Source: Spirochaetia bacterium (GTDB taxonomy: Bacteria; Spirochaetota; Spirochaetia; CADAEX01). Taken from it: 64,000 nucleotides of DNA. The position numbers and the translations under genes were made by a program. Location: positions 2,784,001 through 2,848,000 of the forward strand of contig OY759746.1 of NCBI GenBank assembly GCA_963662795.1, in the 5' to 3' direction. Under the pieces are notes generated by a model. The model searched no databases. It had not been told where the DNA came from and saw nothing but the letters and a program-made list of their open reading frames with translations. Below are positions 49,193 to 59,533 of the stretch, piece after piece (position 1 is the stretch's first letter; every line of letters begins with the position of its first letter).

Positions 49193-50410
49193 TTGGAAAC
49201 TGTTAAACTTGAAATTGAGAAAATAATATCAAACAGCTGCGGCCTTGCCAGAAACAACGGCAGGGTTGTTTTTGTTCCTGATACACTTCCCGGAGAAACA
49301 GTTATCGCAGAAATTGGAGAAACGAAAAGCGGATATTCCAACGGTAAATTACTGGAAATTATAAAACCTTCTCAGCACAGGATTACTCCTCCGTGTCCTC
49401 TTTACGGTATCTGCGGCGGATGCACACTGCAGCATTCTGATTATGAATATCAGCTTGAGATCAGAAAAAGTCTTGTGGAAGAGGCATTGCTTCGAAACGG
49501 TAAAACTGTTTTCAATGAGATTAAAACAGTTCCGGGAAATCCGTACGGATACAGGTGCCGTGCTCAGCTGCATCAGCCGGGTGAAAGCAGGCAGCCGGGA
49601 TTTAAAAAACGGAACAGCAGTGAAATAACAGGCATTGACTCCTGTCCGGTATGTAACAGAGGCATAAATAAATATCTTGAAAGCCGTCCCCGCCTGCCTG
49701 GAAAGCGGGTAACGCTGTTTGCCCCTGAAGAGACCTGTTTTCATGCATCGGAAAGATCTGCTTCTCCCGGGTGGGAAAATTCAGACGGGAGAAAAGAAGT
49801 GCAGGCAGAATGGGAAAGAGCAGATAATCTTTCAATATCTGTTCCTGTAAGCGGAAAGACGATTCAGACAGATGTAAACTGTTTTTTCCAGAGCAACCTT
49901 GACATGCTGCAGAAAACCATTCCCCTTATTCTCGATCATATAAGCGGGAGGAGTTTTTTTGATCTTTACTGCGGTGTCGGAGTCTTCGGCGCTTTTCTGG
50001 CTGACAGGGGAGAAATGCTTGTCTCTGTCGAGTCTGATAAAAATGCGGTTAAGTATGCCAGGAGCAATATAGGAAATGCAGCCGCAGAGAACAGGCTGCT
50101 TAAAACTGAATTTTACACAATGACTGCTGAAAGTTTTATCCCGCGCTGGAACAGAGGCGGGGGCAGAACCATTCCTGACACAGTTGTGGCAGATCCTCCC
50201 AGAAGCGGTATTTCGATGAGTGTAAAAAAATATATTGTTAAAAGCAGGATTAAAAAACTTATCTATCTTTCCTGCGATTACGGAACACTTGGGAGAGACA
50301 TCGGTTTCTTTACCCGCAGCAGCTACAGGCTTGAAAACCTGTACTTCCTTGATTTCTATCCGCAGACAGCGCACGCTGAATCGCTTGCCGTTCTGGAGTA
50401 TATGGGTTAA
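49193..50410 (+). CDS. TRAM-domain RNA (uracil-5-)-methyltransferase, RlmD/TrmA family
   Basis: CP.YG.CGGC.LQH, FFQ.N, DLYCGVG, DPPRSG, YLSC, D.YPQT.H.E. Confidence 0.9.
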   Translation: METVKLEIEKIISNSCGLARNNGRVVFVPDTLPGETVIAEIGETKSGYSNGKLLEIIKPSQHRITPPCPLYGICGGCTLQHSDYEYQLEIRKSLVEEALLRNGKTVFNEIKTVPGNPYGYRCRAQLHQPGESRQPGFKKRNSSEITGIDSCPVCNRGINKYLESRPRLPGKRVTLFAPEETCFHASERSASPGWENSDGRKEVQAEWERADNLSISVPVSGKTIQTDVNCFFQSNLDMLQKTIPLILDHISGRSFFDLYCGVGVFGAFLADRGEMLVSVESDKNAVKYARSNIGNAAAENRLLKTEFYTMTAESFIPRWNRGGGRTIPDTVVADPPRSGISMSVKKYIVKSRIKKLIYLSCDYGTLGRDIGFFTRSSYRLENLYFLDFYPQTAHAESLAVLEYMG

Positions 50411-50419
50411 TCTTTCAGG

Positions 50420-52195
50420 ATGAAATCTTTCCGCACGGGAATTTCACAGATACGGCTGTTTACCTTTATTCTGATGACAGCCTGCTCTTCATTCATACAC
50501 CCTTCAGAAAATGAAACTCAGGCTTTCCTTTCGCTTAAATCAGTTTTTTCAACAGGGGGCAGGATCAGCGGACCTCCACTCGAATATCCCGGCGGAGGCA
50601 TTCTTTTCTTCTCTGAGGACAGGTATCTGTACCATTTTGACAGCTTTGGAGTGTTTTTATCCAGAAAGAAAATAAGGAACAGTTTTTATCCCTTTCACAC
50701 ACAGGGTATAGACGGAATAATCTACAAATATTTCAGGGATAATACCCTTAAAGCTGTTAACGCGGCCGGCGGTATTCTGTGGAGCGTTAAAAACAATTCA
50801 TCCCCGTTCTGTGCTCCAGTGATAAGTTCGACAGGGGCTGTTATTACGGCCGGCGGTAAGAGTATTCTGACCTCCTATTCCTATAGAGGAAGAAAAAGAT
50901 GGGAGCTGGATTTAAAAAACAGCATTAAAGAGGCGGAAAGTGAAGCACTGCTTTTGTCCTGCCCTCCATGTGCAGGGGCTTCAGGCAGCATTTACGCCGG
51001 AATGTCTGACGGGCGGATTGCATCAGTAGACAGCAGCGGAAAAATAACCAAAAGTATAAAAGATTCAGAAAACAGCATCACAGTCCTTTTTTCAGCCGGA
51101 AGGAAAGTTTACGCATCAGACAGTAACGGCAGGCTGTCTGTATATAGTGAGAACCTTGAGCTTCAGAAAAATTTTCAGTTAAAGTCTCCAGCTGCATCAA
51201 TCCGGGCCGGCCGTAATCTTCTTGCAATGGTACACAGAAACGGAAGCGCATCAGTCTATGATGAAGAAATGAATTTATTGTACAGTTCCGGCAGTTCAAT
51301 GAAAATTACCGGTAAGCCTCTTATAACAGGAAAGTATGTTTATTTTTTAAGCGGAAGGGGTTTTGTTCCCTGGTTCGATCCGGCATCAGGTACTCACGGG
51401 GAAACCTCAATTCCTGTAAAAGCTGTAGCAGGGATACGTGATATCAGGGACGAATTTCCGCGTCTGCCCTTTATTTATAAAGAAGGGGCCCTGCTTGCCG
51501 CAGGAGGGGAGGACTGGAATATCTATTTTTTTCATACTTCGGTATCATCTCCATCTGACAATAAAAGTGAACAGCAGTATTCCGGAGATGAGGCGGATTT
51601 ATACAGCCTTAAGCCTGATACAGGATTCCTGATCTATATTAACGAACTTTTCACGTCAGAAGATCCTGGTGAGAGGGAAAAAGCTATGAAACTGGCGGGA
51701 AACACATTATCATCCGGAATTACTGCAGGTGATGAAGAATACCTGATTCAGATGATCAGAAATTCGGCCTTAAGGGGGACAGGAAATATTATTGCCGGAA
51801 AAGGCATTGCCGGGACCGGGAGCGCTGCAGTTAAATCCATGGCGGCCGGAATTCTGGGAAGGATAGGAACCCATGAGGCATTGGCCCTGTTAAGGGAAAT
51901 GCTGAAAACGGAAACCGATCCTTACGCCGCTTCAATTGAGATAAAAGAACTTGGAAAAGCGGGCAGCGATTATGACGGGCGCAGCATAGCGGCAATTATA
52001 TCCGCCTGGAACCGTTTCCATGATTATCCCGGTATTAATGAAACAATAATTGAGTCCTTTAAAGGAATTACAGCATATCATGGATACTTTTCGTCGCAGG
52101 AAGGGAAAAAGCTTTTATTTAAAATGCTTGAACGAAACAGAAATCGTGAATTACAATTGAAAGTAATTGAATTACTGAAATATATGGAGCAGTAA
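50420..52195 (+). CDS. PQQ-like beta-propeller protein with C-terminal HEAT domain
   Basis: Repeated L.AVN..G..LW / G.K.W blades; C-terminal AAGILGRIG...ETDP...LG..G. Confidence 0.75.
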   Translation: MKSFRTGISQIRLFTFILMTACSSFIHPSENETQAFLSLKSVFSTGGRISGPPLEYPGGGILFFSEDRYLYHFDSFGVFLSRKKIRNSFYPFHTQGIDGIIYKYFRDNTLKAVNAAGGILWSVKNNSSPFCAPVISSTGAVITAGGKSILTSYSYRGRKRWELDLKNSIKEAESEALLLSCPPCAGASGSIYAGMSDGRIASVDSSGKITKSIKDSENSITVLFSAGRKVYASDSNGRLSVYSENLELQKNFQLKSPAASIRAGRNLLAMVHRNGSASVYDEEMNLLYSSGSSMKITGKPLITGKYVYFLSGRGFVPWFDPASGTHGETSIPVKAVAGIRDIRDEFPRLPFIYKEGALLAAGGEDWNIYFFHTSVSSPSDNKSEQQYSGDEADLYSLKPDTGFLIYINELFTSEDPGEREKAMKLAGNTLSSGITAGDEEYLIQMIRNSALRGTGNIIAGKGIAGTGSAAVKSMAAGILGRIGTHEALALLREMLKTETDPYAASIEIKELGKAGSDYDGRSIAAIISAWNRFHDYPGINETIIESFKGITAYHGYFSSQEGKKLLFKMLERNRNRELQLKVIELLKYMEQ

Positions 52196-52240
52196 AACCG
52201 GATTGCTCCTGCATGATATACCGGGGAAAAGAGGTGTGAA

Positions 52241-53758
52241 ATGAAGAAATATTTAATTTTTGTGCTGGCTGCTGCAGTTTTTACCGCAGCGCTTTCAGCT
52301 GAAGCTGCCGTAGACAGGGAAGAGCTTGAGAAAAACCTCAGGGAAGTTGAATTCATAAATTATGAAGGGCCGAATGAAATTATTGAATCCAAAAGCGAAA
52401 TCATGTCCATAGGGCAGCTCCTTGCAGGGGCAATCTCTCCAGGTTCGGTTCAGGCTTCCATTCCGGGTAAATACAGGGTTCTGCATCTTCTGGACCCGTC
52501 AGAACCTGATAAAATGGGCGCCGATGTTTTTATACTTGAAAAAGGGGCAAAAGTTGACCACATAAGGAATTTGAGGCTTATCATCTCCTCATATCTTCAG
52601 AATATGTACAGCTACAGCAGCGGAGATTCCATGCTTATCGCGGAATTTATAACATATTACAATGCGGTCTACAGGGGGAATATCGGTTTTTTCTCGGATA
52701 GATACATAAATATGGTTCTTACAAATATTTCAGGCGAAAATGCAGGTATTGATATCAATTATGTTAACTGGCCGGGGAAAACAAGACTTGTAATTCCTCT
52801 TGAAAAATCTGCCGCTCCCGATCCTTTTGAGCTTGCTGAAAAAGATGTAATTGAAGATCTCCGCAAGGAAGAAGACATGGGGATAGAGCAAAGGAAAAAG
52901 ATTGTTGAGTTCCAGGAAGAATCAATTGCTGCCGGCAGGGATAATCTTGCAAAAAAAGAGGAAGAGGTAGCAAAGGGAGAGAAGGTAATAGCAGAGAAGG
53001 AAAAAGCTCTTGAAGAAAAAAAGAAAGAGATAAGTGAAAGCAAAGCATCTGAAGCTGAGAAAAATGAGAAAAAAAAGGAACTTGAAGCGGAAGAAGTAAA
53101 AATAGAAAAGGAAAAAGAAGCTCTTGCGGTTAAAAAGGAAGAGACTGAAACTGCAAAAAAGGAAATAGAAAAAAAGGAAGAGGCAATTTCTGAAGCACGG
53201 GATAAAATTGCCGAGGATTCAAATAAACTTATTGAGAAAAAGGAAGCTGCCCCGGGAGATAAGTCACTTGCGGCGGAAATGGAAAAAACCGCAGGAACCC
53301 CTTTTTTAAGGCTTGAAGAAGGCCCTCTTCCCAGATCAGGTAAATTTGTTTTTTTCAGCACTTCAAACAAGGTCGTTTCCATACCTGCAGATGCTCCTGT
53401 ATCTGCAGGAAGGCTTTACGCGGAAACTTCTTCAGGCTTTGTAATACCGGTAAATGACGGAAAAGGAAAATACAGCCTTTCCATTCTTGGGAAAAAAGAT
53501 CTTCTTCCTTTAAAGACCGGAACTGAAGAGGTGTGGAGCGGCTCATACATTCTTTTATCCGGGAAGGATATCTATTGCACCGCAAAAGAGTCCGGAGGAG
53601 GATGGGTTATCACGCGCTATACAGATAATCTTACTGCGGAAGCATTTTCCGAAATTGAGGCAGATCCTGATACCTTTATCCTTAAAAAGGATAACCTTAT
53701 TTTATTCCAGGATAATAAAGGCAATATAGTATCTGTTGACGCATCTACCCTTAAATAA
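52241..53758 (+). CDS. P83/100 family protein
   Basis: VEFINYEGP, ADVFIL...VDHIRNLRLII..YL, FITYYNAVYRG, WPGKT; charged coiled coil. Confidence 0.85.
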   Translation: MKKYLIFVLAAAVFTAALSAEAAVDREELEKNLREVEFINYEGPNEIIESKSEIMSIGQLLAGAISPGSVQASIPGKYRVLHLLDPSEPDKMGADVFILEKGAKVDHIRNLRLIISSYLQNMYSYSSGDSMLIAEFITYYNAVYRGNIGFFSDRYINMVLTNISGENAGIDINYVNWPGKTRLVIPLEKSAAPDPFELAEKDVIEDLRKEEDMGIEQRKKIVEFQEESIAAGRDNLAKKEEEVAKGEKVIAEKEKALEEKKKEISESKASEAEKNEKKKELEAEEVKIEKEKEALAVKKEETETAKKEIEKKEEAISEARDKIAEDSNKLIEKKEAAPGDKSLAAEMEKTAGTPFLRLEEGPLPRSGKFVFFSTSNKVVSIPADAPVSAGRLYAETSSGFVIPVNDGKGKYSLSILGKKDLLPLKTGTEEVWSGSYILLSGKDIYCTAKESGGGWVITRYTDNLTAEAFSEIEADPDTFILKKDNLILFQDNKGNIVSVDASTLK

Positions 53759-53778
53759 TCCGTTTTTCAGCCGCGGAA

Positions 53779-55011
53779 TCATTCAACAAGAAGGGCGGTT
53801 GTCTTCAGATAACTGCCTTCCGGAAATGATATTTTCCGTGTGTGGTCGGCTGCCTGGCTGAAGTCAGCTATTATGGACGCCTCTTTTCCCGCCTGTCCGG
53901 AAGCAAGGCGCAGCATGTTTGTGAACTCTGCCCAGCCGATCATCCCCGAACAGGAGCTGCTTACCAGTACCGTACCGGAAGAGGAAGCCTCAAAACACAT
54001 CCTGTTGAGATTTGTATATCCTTTCAGGGCATCTGCTGTGTGTTCCCGCTTTTTGGCAAATGCCGGCGGATCGCAGATAATAATGTCATAAGCTCCCAAT
54101 CTCCTCTCTTTCAACAGGCGGGCAAGAAAATCAAAGACATCTTCACGTATGAATTCTGTTCTGATATTTTTTAACCATGGGAAATTTCCCCCGGTGTTTT
54201 TGACTTTAGAAATGTTAACTGCAAATATTTCTCTTGCGATCTCAAGCGCCCGCTCTGAAGCGTCAACACTTGTTATTTCTGATGCGCCTCCTGCTGCGGC
54301 TGATATGGAAAAGCCCCCCGTATATGAAAACAGGTTAAGCACCCTTTTCCCTTTTGACATCCTTTTTATAAAAATACGGGCGTCTCTCTGGTCAAGATAG
54401 AAACCGGTTTTCTGCCCTTCAAGCATGTCCGAAATCATGGTGATCCCGTTTTCATTAAAAAACGCAGTCCCCGTACTCCCGCCGTATCTGATTACAGGAT
54501 CAAGCGCTTTAAGATTATCCATTTTCCTGTTATCCATGTCTGATTTTTCAGCAATTGATACCGGTTTAAATACGGCAGCGAGAGCCTCAATTATGTTATG
54601 CCGCATAACTTCCATTGCGGCTGTGTTTATCTGGAATACTATGTTGTCCCCGTATATGTCAACAACAAGCCCGGGCATCATGTCGGCATCAGCATGTACC
54701 AGCCGGTATCCGTCTGTTTCAGCAGGAAGCTGTTCTTTTTTGACCGATGCAAGGGATTTAAAACGTTCCATGAAAAAATTCACATCGATTGATTCATTTC
54801 TTTTTCTGGTTAAAACTCTTACCCTGATGCTGTTGCCCTGATGAAATGAACCTGTAGCAAGGTATTCCCCTGAGGAGGAATAAATGTCGGCTATTTCACC
54901 GTTTGAAATTTTACCTTCCGTTTTTTCAATTCCGCCCGAGAAAATCCAGGGGTGTCCGGCCTTAACCGGTATATCTTTCCCTTTTTTAAGGGTAATTTTT
55001 TTATTGCTCAT
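53779..55011 (-). CDS. rlmI: RlmI-family rRNA (cytosine-5-)-methyltransferase
   Basis: GHPWIFSG (PUA), D.MPGL.VD.Y, GQKTGFYLDQR, VLNLFSYTGGFS, DPPAF, SSCS, FPEG.YLK. Confidence 0.88.
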   Translation of the reverse strand: MSNKKITLKKGKDIPVKAGHPWIFSGGIEKTEGKISNGEIADIYSSSGEYLATGSFHQGNSIRVRVLTRKRNESIDVNFFMERFKSLASVKKEQLPAETDGYRLVHADADMMPGLVVDIYGDNIVFQINTAAMEVMRHNIIEALAAVFKPVSIAEKSDMDNRKMDNLKALDPVIRYGGSTGTAFFNENGITMISDMLEGQKTGFYLDQRDARIFIKRMSKGKRVLNLFSYTGGFSISAAAGGASEITSVDASERALEIAREIFAVNISKVKNTGGNFPWLKNIRTEFIREDVFDFLARLLKERRLGAYDIIICDPPAFAKKREHTADALKGYTNLNRMCFEASSSGTVLVSSSCSGMIGWAEFTNMLRLASGQAGKEASIIADFSQAADHTRKISFPEGSYLKTTALLVE

Positions 55012-55094
55012 AATAAGAGCAATTTATCATATTTTAATAGTTGGTTGAATCTTAAATAAATTAAATCTTATGAAATAATCAAATGAATTGTCAC

Positions 55095-55132
55095 AAAAAA
55101 AGCTGCCATGCGTTAAATTACATGACAGCTTT
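55095..55132 (-). terminator. Terminator of hflKC
   Basis: AAAAAAAGCTGCCATG...CATGACAGCTTT. Confidence 0.75.
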
Positions 55133-55156
55133 GAATCATAAGATTAAAATCTTTTA

Positions 55157-56161
55157 CTATCTGGGAGACTGCTCATTTAAGTATTTGAAATATTCCATAT
55201 CTGTAGTAAGTACCTTGTTAAACATTGGCAGAGTCTGTCTGTAGCTTTCAATAGATCTCCAGAACTCAAAAAAATCAGGATCTTTTGAATATGCTGATGC
55301 ATAAATTATAGTTGCAGAAGCATCAGCTTTACCTTTAATCTCTTCAGATGTTTTATAAGCTTCAGAGAGAATAGTTTTCTGTTCATTCTGCAGTTTACCA
55401 AACCATTCAGCTTTTTTACCTTCACCGTATGATCTGTAAGCCTGAGCTACCTGGTTTCTGTCTTTGATCATTCTGCTGTAAACACTTTCTGTAAGGTCAT
55501 CAGAATACCTGATCTGTCTTATAATTATATCTATCAGCTCGATACCATACTGGGGTGTAATTGTACTTGCAGCTTTAAGAATTTCAACAGAAAGTAATTC
55601 CCTGCCTTTTTCTATTATTTCAAACTTGATGGCAGATGCCATGCTTTCAAGATCAAGCAGTTCTTTCTGCATACCTGTCTCTTCAACAGCAGTCCCTTCT
55701 CCAATAACAAGGGCAGGAGTCTGACTCTTGTTAAGAATATCTGAATTCCTAACAGCTTCCCTGAGCGAATTCTTGGATATAATTGTTCTGACTGATGAAT
55801 CAATAACCTCATCAAGTCTTCCGTAAGCACTTTCCATATAAGTTACTGATTCATAGAATTTCGCAGGATCAACTATTTTCCATCTTGCAGTTGTATCTAC
55901 CCATATAAAGAGGTTTTCCTTGGTAGGAATACTCTGCGCTGCTCCGTCCCATGAAAGCATTTTCTTGGAATACTTTATAACATTGTCAATAAAAGGCATC
56001 TTTAATTTCAGCCCTGCTTCAGTTTGAGTATCCATGATTTTTCCGAATCTGATAACTACTGCCTGCTGGCCTTCTTCAAGAATATAAAAAGGACCCATTG
56101 CAATAAGTATTATTACGAGAACAATAATTGTAATAAAAACAGTTATGAATTTTTTGTTCAT
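55157..56161 (-). CDS. hflC: FtsH modulator HflC
   Basis: QAVVIRFGK, VDTTARWKI.DP..F, VY.RM..R...A..YRS.G, DP.FF.F.RS.E.Y. Confidence 0.93.
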   Translation of the reverse strand: MNKKFITVFITIIVLVIILIAMGPFYILEEGQQAVVIRFGKIMDTQTEAGLKLKMPFIDNVIKYSKKMLSWDGAAQSIPTKENLFIWVDTTARWKIVDPAKFYESVTYMESAYGRLDEVIDSSVRTIISKNSLREAVRNSDILNKSQTPALVIGEGTAVEETGMQKELLDLESMASAIKFEIIEKGRELLSVEILKAASTITPQYGIELIDIIIRQIRYSDDLTESVYSRMIKDRNQVAQAYRSYGEGKKAEWFGKLQNEQKTILSEAYKTSEEIKGKADASATIIYASAYSKDPDFFEFWRSIESYRQTLPMFNKVLTTDMEYFKYLNEQSPR

Positions 56162-57144
56162 TTCACACCTCCTGTATTCTGAAGGTTTTTAAGTGGCAGA
56201 AAATTTTTCAGATTTTTATCAATCAGATCAGTATTTTCCTTGTTTTTAAACACTTCCTCAATCATTTCTATATAAAGCCTGGTTCTTGTTACATCCCTGC
56301 TGTTTCTGTATTCATTATAAACAGAGTTAAACCTTGCAACATCACCTTTAGCTCTATTCTCCCTTTCAGCCGCATAACCGAGAGCTTCCTGAATTAGCTT
56401 ATCAGCCTCTCCTCTCGCCTTTGGTATTTCCTTGTTGTAAGCTTCTTTACCTTCATTGATAAGCCGGTTCATATCCTGCTGTGCCTTGTTTACATCTTCA
56501 AAAGAATCCTGAACAGTACCAACCGGAGGAACAATATTTCTAAGCTTAACAGTAGTCACGTTTATGCCAAGATGATAGGCTTTAAGTGTTAAATTGATAA
56601 GTTCATTTCCTCTTGCCTCAATTTCAGCTCTTTCCTTGCCAATAACGTCAAATAACCCTCTGTCTCCAACAAGCATATTGATTATTGATTGTGAAATATC
56701 CCTTATTGTTCTTTCTCTGTCTTCAACATTGAAAAGCCATGCCATAGGATCTGAAATTCTGTACTGTATAATCCATTCTACATCAATTATATTCAGATCT
56801 CCTGTAAGCATAATTGATTCTTCAGGATAATCTTTTGTTGCGTATACAGATGTCACTCCGGGACGTTCTGTTCTGAATCCGAATGACATTGTCTGAATAA
56901 CCTGTGTAGGAACATTATAATTCTTTTCAATACCGAATGGCGCTTTCAGATGAAGACCTGCTTCTGTAATCCTGTTAAATTGCCCTAACCTTAAAACTAC
57001 TGCCTGCTCAGTCTGGTCTACCATATAAAATGTTGAGACACCGATAAAACCTGCCAAAAGCACTATAATAAAAATAATTATTAATTTAGGGTTTATTTTT
57101 ATATTCGGTGGTCTGAAATTCATATTAAAATTACCGTCGCCCAT
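56158..57144 (-). CDS. hflK: FtsH modulator HflK
   Basis: MLTGDLNIIDVEWIIQYRI, FEDVNKAQQD, IPKARGEA, TRTRLYIE; ATG 57144 after GGAGG. Confidence 0.95.
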   Translation of the reverse strand: MGDGNFNMNFRPPNIKINPKLIIIFIIVLLAGFIGVSTFYMVDQTEQAVVLRLGQFNRITEAGLHLKAPFGIEKNYNVPTQVIQTMSFGFRTERPGVTSVYATKDYPEESIMLTGDLNIIDVEWIIQYRISDPMAWLFNVEDRERTIRDISQSIINMLVGDRGLFDVIGKERAEIEARGNELINLTLKAYHLGINVTTVKLRNIVPPVGTVQDSFEDVNKAQQDMNRLINEGKEAYNKEIPKARGEADKLIQEALGYAAERENRAKGDVARFNSVYNEYRNSRDVTRTRLYIEMIEEVFKNKENTDLIDKNLKNFLPLKNLQNTGGVK

Positions 57145-57186
57145 GTATCCCTCCTCCTTTATCAAAATAGTTTACTTATAAATTCA

Positions 57187-57215
57187 AAGTTACTTAAGAG
57201 AAGCCCTCTGGTCAA
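57187..57215 (-). promoter_or_regulatory. Putative sigma70 promoter of hflKC
   Basis: TTGACC-N17-TAACTT. Confidence 0.5.
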
Positions 57216-57264
57216 GGGAAATTGAATTATAATATAGAACAATAATGTAGTTTAACCAGCTTAC

Positions 57265-57293
57265 TTGACATTAAAAAAACTGAAACATATAGT
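57265..57293 (+). promoter_or_regulatory. sigma70 promoter of metG, near-leaderless
   Basis: TTGACA-N17-TATAGT-aaaatgcc-ATG; no SD. Confidence 0.75.
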
Positions 57294-57301
57294 AAAATGC
57301 C

Positions 57302-59512
57302 ATGAAAAAAAGACTTATAACATCAGCATTACCTTATGTAAACAACATTCCGCATCTTGGAAACCTTATACAGGTTTTATCAGCAGATGTATTTGCCAGA
57401 TTCTGCCGCCTTAAAGGGTATGAAACACTTTATATATGCGGGACAGACGAATACGGAACCGCGACAGAGACAAAAGCGCTTGAGGAAGGAATTACCCCGA
57501 AAGAGCTTTGCGACAGGTTTCATAAAGTCCATCGCGATATCTATCAATGGTTCAACATATCATTTGACAGATTCGGAAGAACTTCTACACCGAAACATAC
57601 AGAAATAACGCAGGGGCTTTTTAACGCCCTTGATAAAAAAGGCTATATCCGGGAAAGAACAATAGAACAGCTTTATTGCGCAAAATGCGAGAGATTTCTC
57701 GCAGACAGATATGTAAGGGGCATCTGCCCGTCCTGCGGCTATGATGACGCAAGGGGAGATCAGTGCGAAAGCTGCGGGAAGCTGCTTGACCCGACAGAAC
57801 TTGTATCTCCCCGCTGCGGTGTGTGTTCCGGAGAACCTGCCCTGAAATCGACAAATCATCTTTACATAGATTTACCAGCAATAATTCCCCTCCTTGAGGA
57901 ATGGATAAATAAACGATCGGTGGAAGGGTTCTGGGCAAGAAACGCGCTCCAGATGACAAAAAGCTGGATGAGGGACGGTCTCAAGGAAAGGTGTATCACC
58001 AGGGACCTCAAGTGGGGTATTCCAGTCCCGAAAGACGGATACCGCGACAAGGTATTCTATGTCTGGTTTGATGCCCCGATCGGATATATCTCCATTGCCG
58101 CAAATCATACAGATGAATGGGAAGCATGGTGGAAAAATCCGGATAATGTAAAGCTTTTCCAGTTTATCGGTAAGGATAATATTCCTTTTCATACTGTAAT
58201 CTTTCCGTCAACACTGCTCGGGTCGGGTGAGAACTGGACTACTCTTTTTCACATGTCTTCAACTGAATACCTGAATTATGAAAGCGGGAAATTTTCCAAA
58301 AGCAAGGGGATAGGTATTTTCGGGACAGACTGCCAGGAAACAGGGATTCCCTCGGATGTATGGAGATTCTATATTTTTTACAACAGGCCTGAAAAATCTG
58401 ATGCGCTTTTTACATGGAAGGATTTTCAGGAAAAGGTCAACTCCGAACTCATCGGAAATCTCGGCAATCTTATAAACAGGACGCTTACCTTTGCCGCAAG
58501 ATTCTATGACGGGAAGGTGCTTGACGGCGCAAAGCGCAGGGACTCTGATTTCTGGAAACAGGTAAGAGTATATGAAGAGCGTATAACATCTCATCTTGAC
58601 AGGGCAGAGCTGAGGGATGCCTTTCATGCGGTTTTTGAGCTTTCAGGATACGGGAACAAGACTTTTCAGGATTCAGAACCATGGAAAATGAAAAATGAAG
58701 ATCCGAAGGCAGCGCATGAACTGATTTCCGACCTTGTTTATCTTGTCCGCGATATAGCGCTGCTGATTCAGCCGTTTACCCCTTTTACTTCAAAAAGAGT
58801 ACTTGATTTTATGGGCTGTGAAGATTTCACCTGGGATAAACTTGGAGATCCTTCAGGAGAAATAAGGAAAATGGAACCAGAGATATGTTTTGAAAAACTT
58901 GAGGATGAGCTGATTGAAAGTTTAAGGGAAAGATTCAAGGGCAGCCAGAAGGAGAGAGCAATGGAACAGAATGCGGAAAAAAAATCCGATGCCGTGGAAG
59001 TATCAATGGAAAAAAAATACTCTGAAACTGTTGACCTGAGGATCGCTAAAATAAAAGAAATAAAAAAACATCCTGAAGCGGAAAAACTCTATATTGAAAC
59101 ACTTGACCTTGGAAGCGGTGAAGAGCGGCAGATCGTGTCAGGACTTGTCCCGTATTATAAAGAAGAAGAACTTCTGGGTAAAAACATTATTGTAGTTTAC
59201 AATCTTAAACCGGCAAAACTCAGGGGTGCAGAGAGCAACGGGATGCTGCTTGCGGCGGAAAATGCGGAAACACCGGAAGGGGAAGAGAGGACAGTCGAGG
59301 TGCTTTTTGCAGATTATGCAAATCCGGGAGACCGTGTTCTGCTTTCAGGTTTAAGCGCTCCTGAAGAGGATTTAAAGAGGATCACGATCGATAAATTTTT
59401 TGAAAATACCCTTGAAGTAAGGAATAATATTGTTTACTGCGGAAACGCGGCTCTTGTTGCCGCCGGAAAAGAGATTAAAACATCCAGGGTACAGGCCGGC
59501 AAAGTCGGCTGA
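57302..59512 (+). CDS. metG: Methionine--tRNA ligase with C-terminal tRNA-binding domain
   Basis: ITSALPYVN..PHLGN, four CxxC, YVWFDA, GKDN..FH, KFSKS, NLKPAKLRG.ES.GMLLA. Confidence 0.98.
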   Translation: MKKRLITSALPYVNNIPHLGNLIQVLSADVFARFCRLKGYETLYICGTDEYGTATETKALEEGITPKELCDRFHKVHRDIYQWFNISFDRFGRTSTPKHTEITQGLFNALDKKGYIRERTIEQLYCAKCERFLADRYVRGICPSCGYDDARGDQCESCGKLLDPTELVSPRCGVCSGEPALKSTNHLYIDLPAIIPLLEEWINKRSVEGFWARNALQMTKSWMRDGLKERCITRDLKWGIPVPKDGYRDKVFYVWFDAPIGYISIAANHTDEWEAWWKNPDNVKLFQFIGKDNIPFHTVIFPSTLLGSGENWTTLFHMSSTEYLNYESGKFSKSKGIGIFGTDCQETGIPSDVWRFYIFYNRPEKSDALFTWKDFQEKVNSELIGNLGNLINRTLTFAARFYDGKVLDGAKRRDSDFWKQVRVYEERITSHLDRAELRDAFHAVFELSGYGNKTFQDSEPWKMKNEDPKAAHELISDLVYLVRDIALLIQPFTPFTSKRVLDFMGCEDFTWDKLGDPSGEIRKMEPEICFEKLEDELIESLRERFKGSQKERAMEQNAEKKSDAVEVSMEKKYSETVDLRIAKIKEIKKHPEAEKLYIETLDLGSGEERQIVSGLVPYYKEEELLGKNIIVVYNLKPAKLRGAESNGMLLAAENAETPEGEERTVEVLFADYANPGDRVLLSGLSAPEEDLKRITIDKFFENTLEVRNNIVYCGNAALVAAGKEIKTSRVQAGKVG

Positions 59513-59533
59513 AAAAGAGGCTAAGTCTCTGTA

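Noticed and set aside
52759-53382. 207-aa minus-strand S/F-rich ORF and the many similar antisense ORFs in the track
   Set aside because: Shadows of E/K-rich coding sequence on the opposite strand, with no independent motifs or RBS
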